Source: Betaproteobacteria bacterium
Lineage (GTDB): Bacteria > Pseudomonadota > Gammaproteobacteria > Burkholderiales > SG8-39
NCBI GenBank assembly: GCA_005884455.1
Contig: VBCH01000219.1
Location: 1 to 62,046, forward strand
Length of the DNA: 62,046 nt
Reading direction: 5' to 3'
Under the pieces are notes generated by a model, which searched no databases, was not told the origin of the DNA, and saw only the letters and a list, made by a program, of their open reading frames with translations. Position numbers and translations under genes: made by a program. Below, one piece after another: positions 8,360 through 17,673 of the stretch (its first letter is position 1; each line of letters starts with the position of its first letter).

Positions 8360-8803
8360 ATGACCGCAAGAGCGCTCGTTGTCCTAATCACCCCCCTGCT
8401 GCTCGTCTCGGGCTGTGCCGCCACGATTCATGGCACGGTGCAACTCGTCGACAGTCGCCAGCAGCCGGTCCCGAACGAGAACCCGAAAGGGGCAGTGGTC
8501 AACATGATCAACACGACCGCCGCGGTCGATCAGGCTTCGAGCTCCGCGACGGTGGACGAGAAGGGCGAATTCGAGTCGCCCAAGGGCAGCATCAAACCCG
8601 GCATCTACAAAGTGGAGGCGAGCCGCATCGGCTACGAGACGCAGACCGAGACCGTCGAGATCGGCTCCTTCTTCGGCAAGAAGGTCGAGTTCAAGTTACC
8701 GAAGATCCAGGAGGCCAAGCGCAAGTCGATCAAAGGCTCGGCCACCGACGAAGACAAGATCATCAATCCCGGCGAGGTCAACATCCAGCCGCCCGCGATG
8801 TGA
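8360..8803 (+). CDS. Small lipoprotein with one carboxypeptidase-regulatory-like/PEGA-like beta-sandwich domain
   Basis: The start was moved to the ATG at 8360 (GGAGAAAG upstream). Signal plus lipobox MTARALVVLITPLLLVSGC. Beta-sandwich-like pattern IHGTVQLVD...VDEKGEFESP...GIYKVEASRIGYETQTETVEI. Confidence 0.75.
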   Translation: MTARALVVLITPLLLVSGCAATIHGTVQLVDSRQQPVPNENPKGAVVNMINTTAAVDQASSSATVDEKGEFESPKGSIKPGIYKVEASRIGYETQTETVEIGSFFGKKVEFKLPKIQEAKRKSIKGSATDEDKIINPGEVNIQPPAM

Positions 8804-8858
8804 GCGGAGGCATCCGCCGCGCCTTTAGACCCGACGACGCCATAACCGAGGGATCACC

Positions 8859-11423
8859 ATGGCCACAACCCACGCGCGTTTCCTTCCCATCCTGTTCGCC
8901 ACCGCCTTGCTCGGCGCCTGCGGCGAGCGCCTCGACATCGAGGTCAAAGCGAGCATCGACGGCCAGCCCGCGTCACAGGCGAAGGTCATCGTAGATCGCG
9001 AGGAGCTCGGGGTCACCGACGCCCGAGGCCTGTTCACGCAGCGGCTGCGCAAGAAGGCCGGCACCGAAGTCGAAGTGACGGTGAGCAAGGAGGCGCCCGG
9101 CTACCGCATCGAGCCTTGGAAAACGGCCTTCCTCGTGAAGCTTCCGAAGGGCGATCAGATCGTCGCGTACCGCGTGGACGCCGATCTCAAGGCGACGCGC
9201 TACGTCACCGTGCGCGTGAGCGAAGGAAGTACGCCGGTGCCCGAGGCCAAGGTGACGGTGGGCGGCAAGGAAGAAGGTGTCACCGATGCCAAGGGCGAAT
9301 TCGTGTACTCCTATCGGACGCAGCCGGCGAAGGGCGCCGAGATCGGCGTCGCCAAGACCGGCTTCAGCACCTACCGCGCGACACGTCAGCTCGAGCCCGG
9401 CCAGGTAGTCGAAGTCGCGCTCAACCGCCAGACCGTGGTGGCGATCAAGGCGATGACCGACGAGTACGGCCGCGTGAGCGGGGTGCCGGGCTTGAGCGTG
9501 AGCATAGACGGAAAGACCGTCGGCAAGACCGACGCGCAGGGCAGCTACACGTACGACTACCGCGGCGAGCCGGGCAAGAAGGCCGTGATCGCGCTCGCCG
9601 CGCCCGGTTACGTTCCCGCGACGTGGAAAACGACCGTGCGGCTCGAAGGCCAGCTCAACCTCCAGCACTACTTCTACCCGACCGCGCCCAGGCCGATCCG
9701 TATCGGCATCTACCGCGTCGTCGGCAACACGCCGGGCGTGGACCTGAAGGAGGTCGCGGCCCAGGCCGAGCAGGCGTTGACCACGCAGCTGTTCAAGTTC
9801 CCGGCGTTCCGCGAGGTGCCGGCGGAGAGGCTGCAGGCGGAGGTCAACCAGCGCAAGCTCAGCATCGAACGCATCACGACCAAGGGCTGGCAGGACAGCC
9901 CCTTGCGCGCGAGCGTGGACATGATCGTGCTCGGAAGCGTCGCCAAGGACGACGGCGGCTACCTGGTCGAGGTCAAATTCCACACCGCGAACGGCAAGAT
10001 CATTTTCTCGGAGATCGCGCGTGCGCGCAGCGCCGGCGGGATCAACGGCGCGGTGCGCGACATCGCGAGCAACGTGATCGAGCGCTTCCCGCTCGAGGGC
10101 ACGGTGGTCGGCAAGGAAGACGACCGCTACCGCATCAACATCGGGAAGAACTGGCGCATCGGCCGCGGTACCGAGTTCACCCTGACCGCGCCCACGTTCG
10201 CCGAGGGCGGCAAGGTGGCGGGTTATCGCGAGACCGGCAGGATCGAGGTCACGCGCGGCGAAGACGCGAGCTCGCTCGCCGAGGTCGCGACGCTCAAGCA
10301 GGGCGAGAAAGTGCAGATCGGCGATCGCGTGGTACGGCGCATCCCGCGCGAAGGCGGGGAAGGCGATGAACGCACCTACTTCCTGCTCACCGCGAAAGGC
10401 GGCGTCGGCACGGACGTCAATCCACTTCCCGGCACCAGCGTCTACTTGAACGGCGAGTGGGCAGGCGCCACCGGGACGAACGGTCAGGCGGAAGTTCCGC
10501 TGCGGCTCGGCCGCAACTATACGCTCACGCTGTATCGCCACGGCTACCAGCAGCTCACCGACAAGGTCAAAGTCGGCAAGAGCGGCGAAGCGCGCGAGTT
10601 CCTGCTCGCGGCCAACAATGTCCTGTTCAAGGTCGACTCCACGCCGTCTTCGGCGACCGTCTACATCGACGACGAGCAGATCGGCAAGACGCCGATCGCC
10701 GGCAAGCAGATTACTCTCGGCTTTCACAGCGTGCGCCTGACCTACGGCGAGGACTACCGCGACTTCTTCCAGGTGATGGAGTTCACCCAGAAGGAGGAGG
10801 ACCGCACCGGCGAGCGCCGCATCGTGCTGCAAAAGGATCTCCTCAAGATCGGCGAGCGCGCGCGCCAGCAAGGCGACATCGACGGCGCTATCAAGGCCTA
10901 CGCCTCCACCGAGCGCGAGCACCCGGACTACGCCGAAGCTCACCGGCGGCTGGGCGATATCTACCTCGACGAGAAAGAGGACTACGACCGCGCGATCGCC
11001 GAGTTCGAGGCGGTGCTGGCTCTGCCCGAGAACCAGCAGCTGATCTACAAGCAGTTCGCCGTCACCTTTACCAATCTCGGCCACGCGTACTGCGAGAAGG
11101 GCAATCGCCTGGTGGACGGCGATCGCACCGCCGCGTCCACGTACTTCGCCAAGGCCATCAAGGCGCTGCAGACCGCCAAGCAGAACACGCGCTTCTTCCC
11201 GAGCGCGGAGTACGACGAGGCGGTGCACGACACTTACTACTACACCGCGCTCTCGTACCACAAGCTGTATCTGATGACCAAGCAGCCGGCGGTGATGAAC
11301 AGCGCGAGCCTCGCGTGGCGAGAGTACTTCGACTTCTTCCCGAAAAAGCTCGAGGGCAATCCGGCCTTCGTGCAGGCTCGCGAGGGGGCGCGCCGATACC
11401 GCGATCAGATCCAGGAACAGTAA
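8859..11423 (+). CDS. Large multi-domain lipoprotein: 5 PEGA/CarboxypepD_reg-like repeats, a TolB-N/LpoB/CsgG/FlgT-like core and a C-terminal TPR region
   Basis: Lipobox ALLGAC at residues 17-21. Recurring (A/E)KVxVxxxExGVTDAxGxF-type repeats appear at about aa 26-95, 115-188, 195-262 and 505-575, and a PEGA-like ATVYIDDEQIGKTP at about 585-640. aa 278-408 follow the IRIGIY...DMIVLGSVAKDDGGYLVEVKFHTANGKII pattern. TPR-like helices span aa 660-800. Confidence 0.8.
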   Translation: MATTHARFLPILFATALLGACGERLDIEVKASIDGQPASQAKVIVDREELGVTDARGLFTQRLRKKAGTEVEVTVSKEAPGYRIEPWKTAFLVKLPKGDQIVAYRVDADLKATRYVTVRVSEGSTPVPEAKVTVGGKEEGVTDAKGEFVYSYRTQPAKGAEIGVAKTGFSTYRATRQLEPGQVVEVALNRQTVVAIKAMTDEYGRVSGVPGLSVSIDGKTVGKTDAQGSYTYDYRGEPGKKAVIALAAPGYVPATWKTTVRLEGQLNLQHYFYPTAPRPIRIGIYRVVGNTPGVDLKEVAAQAEQALTTQLFKFPAFREVPAERLQAEVNQRKLSIERITTKGWQDSPLRASVDMIVLGSVAKDDGGYLVEVKFHTANGKIIFSEIARARSAGGINGAVRDIASNVIERFPLEGTVVGKEDDRYRINIGKNWRIGRGTEFTLTAPTFAEGGKVAGYRETGRIEVTRGEDASSLAEVATLKQGEKVQIGDRVVRRIPREGGEGDERTYFLLTAKGGVGTDVNPLPGTSVYLNGEWAGATGTNGQAEVPLRLGRNYTLTLYRHGYQQLTDKVKVGKSGEAREFLLAANNVLFKVDSTPSSATVYIDDEQIGKTPIAGKQITLGFHSVRLTYGEDYRDFFQVMEFTQKEEDRTGERRIVLQKDLLKIGERARQQGDIDGAIKAYASTEREHPDYAEAHRRLGDIYLDEKEDYDRAIAEFEAVLALPENQQLIYKQFAVTFTNLGHAYCEKGNRLVDGDRTAASTYFAKAIKALQTAKQNTRFFPSAEYDEAVHDTYYYTALSYHKLYLMTKQPAVMNSASLAWREYFDFFPKKLEGNPAFVQAREGARRYRDQIQEQ

Positions 11424-11442
11424 TCGCGCCGGCCCGAACGCG

Positions 11443-12600
11443 ATGCACACCTGGCGCTTTTCGCTTGTCTTGCTCGTCGCGTCCGCATGGCCGGCAGTTG
11501 CCTTGCCAGCGGCCGCCGAGGAACGGCCGGCAGCGGGAGAACCGGCCGGGATCGAACCGGAATTCGTGCGGCCGCTCGTTCCCATCGCCCGGGGGCGCAA
11601 CGACTCGAACCCGGTGTGGTCGCCCGCCGGAGACCTGGTCGCGTTCGAGCGCTCGCGCGGCGACAACAAGGAAATCGCGATCGTGCGCGTCAACGGCGAG
11701 GTCGTCCAGACCATTCAGCAACAGGCCCCGGTCGCGCCGGGCCAGAGCGCGTTCTTCTTCCCGGAGGTCGTGGAGCAGACGAGCTATAACTCCGGCATCA
11801 GCTGGTCGCCGAACGGCAAGCGGCTGGTGTTCATGAGCAACGGCGGCGAGGGCAACTACGACCTGTACCTGCGCGAGCCCGACGGCCGCATCGTGCGCAT
11901 CACGACTCACAGGGAGAAGGACGGGCACGCGCACTGGTCGCCCGCGCGCGACCAGATCGCGTTCATCTCCGGCCGTAGCGGACAAGGCGACGTCTATCTG
12001 CTCGATGTCGCCACGAAAGCCACGACCCGCGTGACGCACGGGGAATGGCCCTACCTCTATCCGCAGTGGTCCCCGGACGGCAAGCGCCTCGCCGTCATCC
12101 AGGGAACCAACGAGAACCACGACGTCTACGTGCTGGAACCGGGGCGTATTCCGCCCGCGCCCCCGAAGGCGCTCAGCACCTGGCGTTACGATGATCTGCG
12201 GCCGGTGTGGTCGCCGGACGGCAAGCGCGTCGCGTTCTACACGAACTACAACCCCGCCGACGATCCCAAGACCTGGGCCATCGTGGTCGTCGCCGCAGAC
12301 GGCTCGGACCCGACAGAGGGCGAGGGGCTGGCGGCGCGGGTGGTGGCGACCGACGTGGTCCCGGACGTCGAGCGCGGGCCGGCGTGGATGCCCGACAACC
12401 GCCGCATCGTGTACGTGCGCAACGAGCGGCAGGCCTACAACCCGATCTACATCGCCGACGTCGACACCCGCGCGAGCACGCTCGTACGCACGGGAACCAA
12501 GATGAACCACGACGTCACCTGCTCGTCGAGCGGCGTGATTGCGTTTCGTGCCCAGGTCGATCAGTGGGACCAGGTGTACCTCGCGAAGCTCAAGGACTGA
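11443..12600 (+). CDS. TolB-like periplasmic beta-propeller (PD40/WD40-like repeats)
   Basis: Signal peptide, then repeated WSP(D/N)GKR(L/V)(A/V)F motifs (SWSPNGKRLVF, HWSPARDQIAF, QWSPDGKRLAV, VWSPDGKRVAF). Confidence 0.85.
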   Translation: MHTWRFSLVLLVASAWPAVALPAAAEERPAAGEPAGIEPEFVRPLVPIARGRNDSNPVWSPAGDLVAFERSRGDNKEIAIVRVNGEVVQTIQQQAPVAPGQSAFFFPEVVEQTSYNSGISWSPNGKRLVFMSNGGEGNYDLYLREPDGRIVRITTHREKDGHAHWSPARDQIAFISGRSGQGDVYLLDVATKATTRVTHGEWPYLYPQWSPDGKRLAVIQGTNENHDVYVLEPGRIPPAPPKALSTWRYDDLRPVWSPDGKRVAFYTNYNPADDPKTWAIVVVAADGSDPTEGEGLAARVVATDVVPDVERGPAWMPDNRRIVYVRNERQAYNPIYIADVDTRASTLVRTGTKMNHDVTCSSSGVIAFRAQVDQWDQVYLAKLKD

Positions 12601-12604
12601 CGCC

Positions 12605-14107
12605 GTGAAGCGCCGCGCCCATCCCCCGTCGTTTGCCCCTTTGTTCGCGGTAGCGCTCGCGGTGGCCCTAGTCGCGAGCGCGCCGGTACATGGCGCCGAC
12701 GACCCGGTGAGTGCGGCGATGAAGCTCTACGAGAAGCGCCGCTACGAGCAGGCGGCGCGCATGCTCGAAGACGCCCGCCTCGAAGCCGAGCGCCGGCCGC
12801 AGGCGCAACTCGTGCTCGGCATGATTTACCTGCGCAACGCCGACCTGCACGAGGCGCTCGGCCGCACCGCCGCGGCAGCCGAGATCGATTATCTCGACAA
12901 GCTGCTCAAAACGCGCACCGAAGACCGCAGCCGCTACGCGCGGCTGCACCTCGCCGAAGCCCTGCTCGCGCGCGGAAACTCGGCCGAAGCGCGGCGCCAC
13001 TTCGAGCAGGTCCGCTCCGACCCGGGCATCGAGAAGCGCTACCAGGCGATCGCCGGCGTCGGCCTCGGGAGCGTCCTGTGGGCGCAGCGCGACGCAAACG
13101 GGGCGCGCGGCATGTGGGCCGGTACGGGCGGAGCGGCGGAGATCGCGCTGGCGCGAGCCGCGGCCCAGGGCGGCGCTCAGCTCGCGGCCGCAAAATCCCT
13201 GCAGCGCGTAGCCGACGAGGCGACCCGCGCACCCGAGCTGTCGCCGCGCTCGCGACGCTACCTCATCGAGATCTATACCGCGACCGGCGCGCCGGACAAG
13301 GCGCTCGCCGTGGCGCGCGCAGGCGACCTCGGAATGGCTTCCTACGTCGAGAGTTTCAAGGCGGTCAAGGGGACAGCCAAGAGCATCAACCTCTACGATC
13401 TCGCGCTGCTCACGGACCTGACGCGGCTTTATCGCGAGCTCGCGCGGCGTCAGCTCGAGCAGGCCGCCGCCGACGCGCGCATGAAACCGAGCGCGGAATA
13501 CTATCTCGCCGAGGTATTGAACGACCTGGGTAGCCGCGACGAGGCCTCGACGTACGTGGAGGCCTTTCTCGCCCGAGCGCAGACGCCGGTCCAGTACCGC
13601 GAGCGCGCCCGGGTGCGCCAGGCCCTGATCGCACACCGCCAGGGCCGGCGCGTCGAAGCCGAGAGTGCGTGGACCGCGATGGCGGAGAGCGGCAGCGACC
13701 CCGAGGTATTGGCCGACATCGTGCTCGGCTGCGCCGAAGCCCAGGCCCAGTGCTCCAAGGTGCTCGCGCGCGTCGGCCAGGTGACCGAGGCGGGTGACGG
13801 GCGGCGCTATCAGCGGCTCAACTTTGCTCTCGGCAGTTACTACCTTCGCAAGAAGGACTACGCGCGCGCCATCTCCTACATGGAGGCCGGCCGCGACAAG
13901 AGCAACAAGAACAAGATCGAGGCCAACGACCCGGAAATGCTCGCCGGCTTGGCCGAGGCCTACTATCGGACCAAGAAATTCTCCGAAGGTCTCGAGATCT
14001 TCTTCGAGATGAGCAAGGAGTTTCCCGTGGTGCGCCAGATTCAGGAGGCGATGCAGGGTGTCTACTCCATGGAGCAGCGCAGCGCCGGCGACGTGAAGAT
14101 ACTTTGA
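12605..14107 (+). CDS. Exported all-helical TPR-like repeat protein
   Basis: GTG start at 12605, 4 nt after the upstream stop, with AAGGA 9 nt upstream. Signal peptide VKRRAHPPSFAPLFAVALAVALVASAPVHG/AD. TPR-like repeats throughout. The track ORF start at 12539 overlaps the previous gene and was rejected. Confidence 0.75.
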   Translation: MKRRAHPPSFAPLFAVALAVALVASAPVHGADDPVSAAMKLYEKRRYEQAARMLEDARLEAERRPQAQLVLGMIYLRNADLHEALGRTAAAAEIDYLDKLLKTRTEDRSRYARLHLAEALLARGNSAEARRHFEQVRSDPGIEKRYQAIAGVGLGSVLWAQRDANGARGMWAGTGGAAEIALARAAAQGGAQLAAAKSLQRVADEATRAPELSPRSRRYLIEIYTATGAPDKALAVARAGDLGMASYVESFKAVKGTAKSINLYDLALLTDLTRLYRELARRQLEQAAADARMKPSAEYYLAEVLNDLGSRDEASTYVEAFLARAQTPVQYRERARVRQALIAHRQGRRVEAESAWTAMAESGSDPEVLADIVLGCAEAQAQCSKVLARVGQVTEAGDGRRYQRLNFALGSYYLRKKDYARAISYMEAGRDKSNKNKIEANDPEMLAGLAEAYYRTKKFSEGLEIFFEMSKEFPVVRQIQEAMQGVYSMEQRSAGDVKIL

Positions 14108-14156
14108 GCAGCCGCAAGATGAATCGCAACTGTCGGAGTCAACGAGCGAGGAACTT

Positions 14157-15773
14157 ATGAAACGGATCCTTACTATTACGGTACTGAGCTTGGGCGTCGC
14201 CATGGCATCGTGCTTTCCGGCGCATGCCGCGCCGAAGGGCGACGGGCGCCCCGACGGCGGCGTCCTCAACTACAGCGAGTACGGGCGGCCTGCGACGCTC
14301 GACCCGATCACGAGCAACGAGACGATTTCGCTGCGCATCACGGAGCTCGTGTTCAACGGCCTGGTCGGCATCGACGAGAAGCAGGAAATCGTGCCTGAGC
14401 TGGCCGAGCGCTGGGAGGCGTCCAAGGACGGCCGCGTATTCACGTTCTTCCTGCGCAAGGACGTGAAGTGGCACCCGCGCGAGGGCGAAGCCGCTAGGCC
14501 GTTTACCGCCGACGACGTGGTGTTCACCTACAACATCATGATGCACCCGAAGACCATCACGCCGCTCAAGGTGCGCTACGAGTTCATCGAGAAGGTCGAG
14601 AAGACCGGCGACTACACGGTGGTCATCACGCTCAAGCGCCCGATCCTGAACGCTCTCGCGAAGTTCAGCTTCAAGATCATCCCCAGGCACGGCCCGTCGA
14701 ACCCGCAGTACCTGACGCGCGAGGACCGGTTCGCCCACAGCCCGATCGGCACCGGGCCGTACATGCTCCAGACAGTGACCGGTGACGGCGAGGTGGTGCT
14801 GGTCGCGAACCCGGACTACTTCAAGGGCCGCGCCCATATCGACAAGTTCATCGCCAGGCCCTTCGCCGACCAGAACATCATGGCCCAGGCGCTGATGTTC
14901 AACGCCATCGACATGATCGTTCTGGTCAACCCGCGCAACCTGCCCGAGGTCCAGGGCGACAAGCGCTTCGTGCTGCAACCGTACAACGCGTTGTCGTACT
15001 CGTTCTTCGGCTACAACGTGCGCAACCCCCTGCTCGCCGACCGGCGCTTGCGCCAGGCGATCACGGCTGCGGTCAACCGCCAGGAGATGCTCGACTCGTT
15101 CTTCAACGGCCAGGGCACGGTCATCTCAGGCCCGTTCGCGCCCGGCAGCTGGGCGTACAACCTCGACATCAAACCCTTGCCGTTCGCCCCGGAGCGGGCG
15201 CGCGCGTTGCTCACGGAGGCGGGCTTCAGGCCCGGCGCCGACGGGATCATGGAGAAGGACGGCAAGAAGCTCGTGCTCTCCCTCAAGGTGCCGATCGAGA
15301 AGGAGAGCGAAGCGGTCAAGCGAGTCGTGCTCGCGTTCCAGAATTATCTCAAGAGCGTCGGCATCGCGATCACCGTCGAGTTCAAGGAATGGCAGGCGTG
15401 GAAGGAGGACGTCTTCCTCGAGCACAACTTCGACATCATGTTTGCGTCCTGGGTGTTCGACGACTCGGCGGATATCTCGTCGCTGTTCCATTCGGCCGAG
15501 ATCGGCGACTGGAAGAACAACTTCGGCGGCTACTCCAACCCCGAAGTGGATAGCCTGATCGTCGAGAGCAAGCTCACGCTCGATTTCGAGAAGCGCCGCA
15601 CGATCAACCGCAAGCTTCACGCGATCCTCGCCGAGGAACAGCCTTACGCTTTTCTCTGGACGCTCACCAACTACAGCGCGTACCACAGGAAGGTGCGGCG
15701 CGTGCAGATCCACCCATACAAGTTCTTCTCGTTCGCCGACGAGTGGTTCATTCCGGCCAGCGAACAGAAGTGA
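14157..15773 (+). CDS. ABC transporter substrate-binding protein, family 5 (peptide/nickel, DppA/OppA-like)
   Basis: 538-aa ORF with a signal peptide. Family-5 SBP-like sequence (ATLDPITSNE, ELAERWE, SPIGTGPY). Confidence 0.9.
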   Translation: MKRILTITVLSLGVAMASCFPAHAAPKGDGRPDGGVLNYSEYGRPATLDPITSNETISLRITELVFNGLVGIDEKQEIVPELAERWEASKDGRVFTFFLRKDVKWHPREGEAARPFTADDVVFTYNIMMHPKTITPLKVRYEFIEKVEKTGDYTVVITLKRPILNALAKFSFKIIPRHGPSNPQYLTREDRFAHSPIGTGPYMLQTVTGDGEVVLVANPDYFKGRAHIDKFIARPFADQNIMAQALMFNAIDMIVLVNPRNLPEVQGDKRFVLQPYNALSYSFFGYNVRNPLLADRRLRQAITAAVNRQEMLDSFFNGQGTVISGPFAPGSWAYNLDIKPLPFAPERARALLTEAGFRPGADGIMEKDGKKLVLSLKVPIEKESEAVKRVVLAFQNYLKSVGIAITVEFKEWQAWKEDVFLEHNFDIMFASWVFDDSADISSLFHSAEIGDWKNNFGGYSNPEVDSLIVESKLTLDFEKRRTINRKLHAILAEEQPYAFLWTLTNYSAYHRKVRRVQIHPYKFFSFADEWFIPASEQK

Positions 15774-15807
15774 ACACACGGGGTGAGGGCCGGAGCCGGC
15801 ACTCACC

Positions 15808-16770
15808 ATGAAGCTCGCGGCGATCAGGCCCGTCAGCCGCGCGCTGGCGCGCGAGCTCGCGGTGACCGCGCTCTTGCTGCTCGGCGTGAGCGTGGTGGTG
15901 TTCGCCATCCTCTATCTCGCGCCCGGCGACCCTCTCAACGTTTTGCTCGAAGGCCAGTCGCCCCGATCGCAGCTCGCCCTCGGCATGCGCGAAGCGCTGG
16001 GCGTACCGCAGACGTGGTACGGCCAGTACGCGGCGTGGTTCGGCAAGATGCTGCAGGGCAACTTCGGCAACTCGATCCGAACCGGCCTGCCGGTGCTGCC
16101 CGAGCTCGCGCGGGTCGGCGTCTACACGCTCACCCTCACGCTCGGCTCGCTCGCGCTCACGCTCCTGATCGCGGTGCCGATCGCGGTGCACGCGGCCGCG
16201 CACGGCGGCACCGCCGGCAACACCGCCGCCACCCTGGCCGCGTACGTCCTCTCGGCAGTGCCGGTGTTCTGGTTCGGGTACATCGTGGTCTACGTCTTCA
16301 TCCACCAGTTCGGCATGTTCCCGCTGATCTCGGGAACGGCGGCGAAGCAGGAGCACGCGTGGCTGTATTTCCTCGTGCCGATCTTCGTGCTCGGGATCGC
16401 AAGCGGCACGCTCTCGGAAATGATCCGCCACTTGCGCGAGGAACTGTCGCGGGTGCTGGCCGAGGACTACATCCGCACCGCGCGCGCCAAGGGCGCGCCC
16501 GTGTGGCGGCATGCGTTCAAGGAGGGTTTCCTGATCCCGGTGACCGAAATCATGAGCGCGAAGATCCCGTTCCTGCTCGGCGGCGCGGTGATCGTCGAGC
16601 AGGTGTTCAACTGGCCCGGCATGGGGCGCATGGCGTGGCAGGCGGCGCAGGATCGCGACTTCCCGGTCATTATGGGTATTGCCCTTGTGGCGGCTGCGTT
16701 CGTGCGCCTGGGCAACCTGTTGCAGCGCGTCGTCTTCACCGCGGTCAATCCGCGCGCGTCCAGGGAGTAG
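15808..16770 (+). CDS. Peptide-type ABC transporter permease (DppB/OppB-like)
   Basis: 320-aa membrane ORF with the YIRTARAKG motif typical of DppB/OppB. Confidence 0.9.
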   Translation: MKLAAIRPVSRALARELAVTALLLLGVSVVVFAILYLAPGDPLNVLLEGQSPRSQLALGMREALGVPQTWYGQYAAWFGKMLQGNFGNSIRTGLPVLPELARVGVYTLTLTLGSLALTLLIAVPIAVHAAAHGGTAGNTAATLAAYVLSAVPVFWFGYIVVYVFIHQFGMFPLISGTAAKQEHAWLYFLVPIFVLGIASGTLSEMIRHLREELSRVLAEDYIRTARAKGAPVWRHAFKEGFLIPVTEIMSAKIPFLLGGAVIVEQVFNWPGMGRMAWQAAQDRDFPVIMGIALVAAAFVRLGNLLQRVVFTAVNPRASRE

Positions 16771-16779
16771 GTAAGGCGT

Positions 16780-17673
16780 ATGCGCCGCTACGTCCAGACG
16801 CCCGGCCCCATCGGGGAGTTCTCCGAGCTGTCGCTGCGGCAGCGGGCGGGGCCGCTCGATCTCGTCTACGTGTCCTACGGCCTGCTGGTGGTGGTGGTGG
16901 TGGTGGCTTCGTACCTGCTCGGGGCGTTCGGCTGGCTGCCCCAGGATCCGCAAGCCATGGACGTCGGGCTGATCAACGCGGCGCCGTTCACCTCCGGGCA
17001 CCCGCTCGGCACCGATTTCCTCGGGCGCGACCTGCAGGCGCGGCTGATCCTCGGCATCCAGGCGTACTTCCTGCCCGGACTGCTCGCAATCACGATCTCC
17101 GTCGTCGGCGGAAGCATTCTCGGCGTCCTGGCGGGCTACAGAGGCGGCTGGTTCGATACGATCATCACCTACTTCGACAACCTGCTCGACTCGTTCCCGC
17201 GCCTGGTGCTGATCCTGCTCGTGATCGCCGCATTCAAAGCCGACATCTACTACGTGATGGTCGTGGTCGGCATCACGGGCATGCCGGTGATCGCCAACCT
17301 GATCGCGGGCAAGATCGCATTTCTCCGGCAGAAGAGCTTTATCGAGGCCGCACATGCGTTGGGGTTGCCGGCGCATACGGTCATTCTCAAGCATATCCTG
17401 TGGCTGAATTGCCGCGCGCTGCTCGTTATCCAGGCCACACTCGGCATGGCCGAGGCGATTCTGGTCGAGACGAGCTTGAGCTACCTCGGCTTCGGCGTGC
17501 AGGAGCCCACGCCTTCGTGGGGCAACATGGTCCAGGCGGGCGCGAACTATTTCCTGCAGGGCAACTTCTGGCCCTCGACCGCGCCGGCCCTCGCCATCCT
17601 CGCGACCATCCTCGGATTCCAGCTGCTCGGCGATGGGCTCAACAATCTCCTCGAAGGCAAGCGGAGAAGGTGA
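16780..17673 (+). CDS. Peptide-type ABC transporter permease (DppC/OppC-like)
   Basis: 297-aa membrane ORF with FIEAAHALG and LSYLGFGVQEPTPSWG motifs. Confidence 0.9.
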   Translation: MRRYVQTPGPIGEFSELSLRQRAGPLDLVYVSYGLLVVVVVVASYLLGAFGWLPQDPQAMDVGLINAAPFTSGHPLGTDFLGRDLQARLILGIQAYFLPGLLAITISVVGGSILGVLAGYRGGWFDTIITYFDNLLDSFPRLVLILLVIAAFKADIYYVMVVVGITGMPVIANLIAGKIAFLRQKSFIEAAHALGLPAHTVILKHILWLNCRALLVIQATLGMAEAILVETSLSYLGFGVQEPTPSWGNMVQAGANYFLQGNFWPSTAPALAILATILGFQLLGDGLNNLLEGKRRR

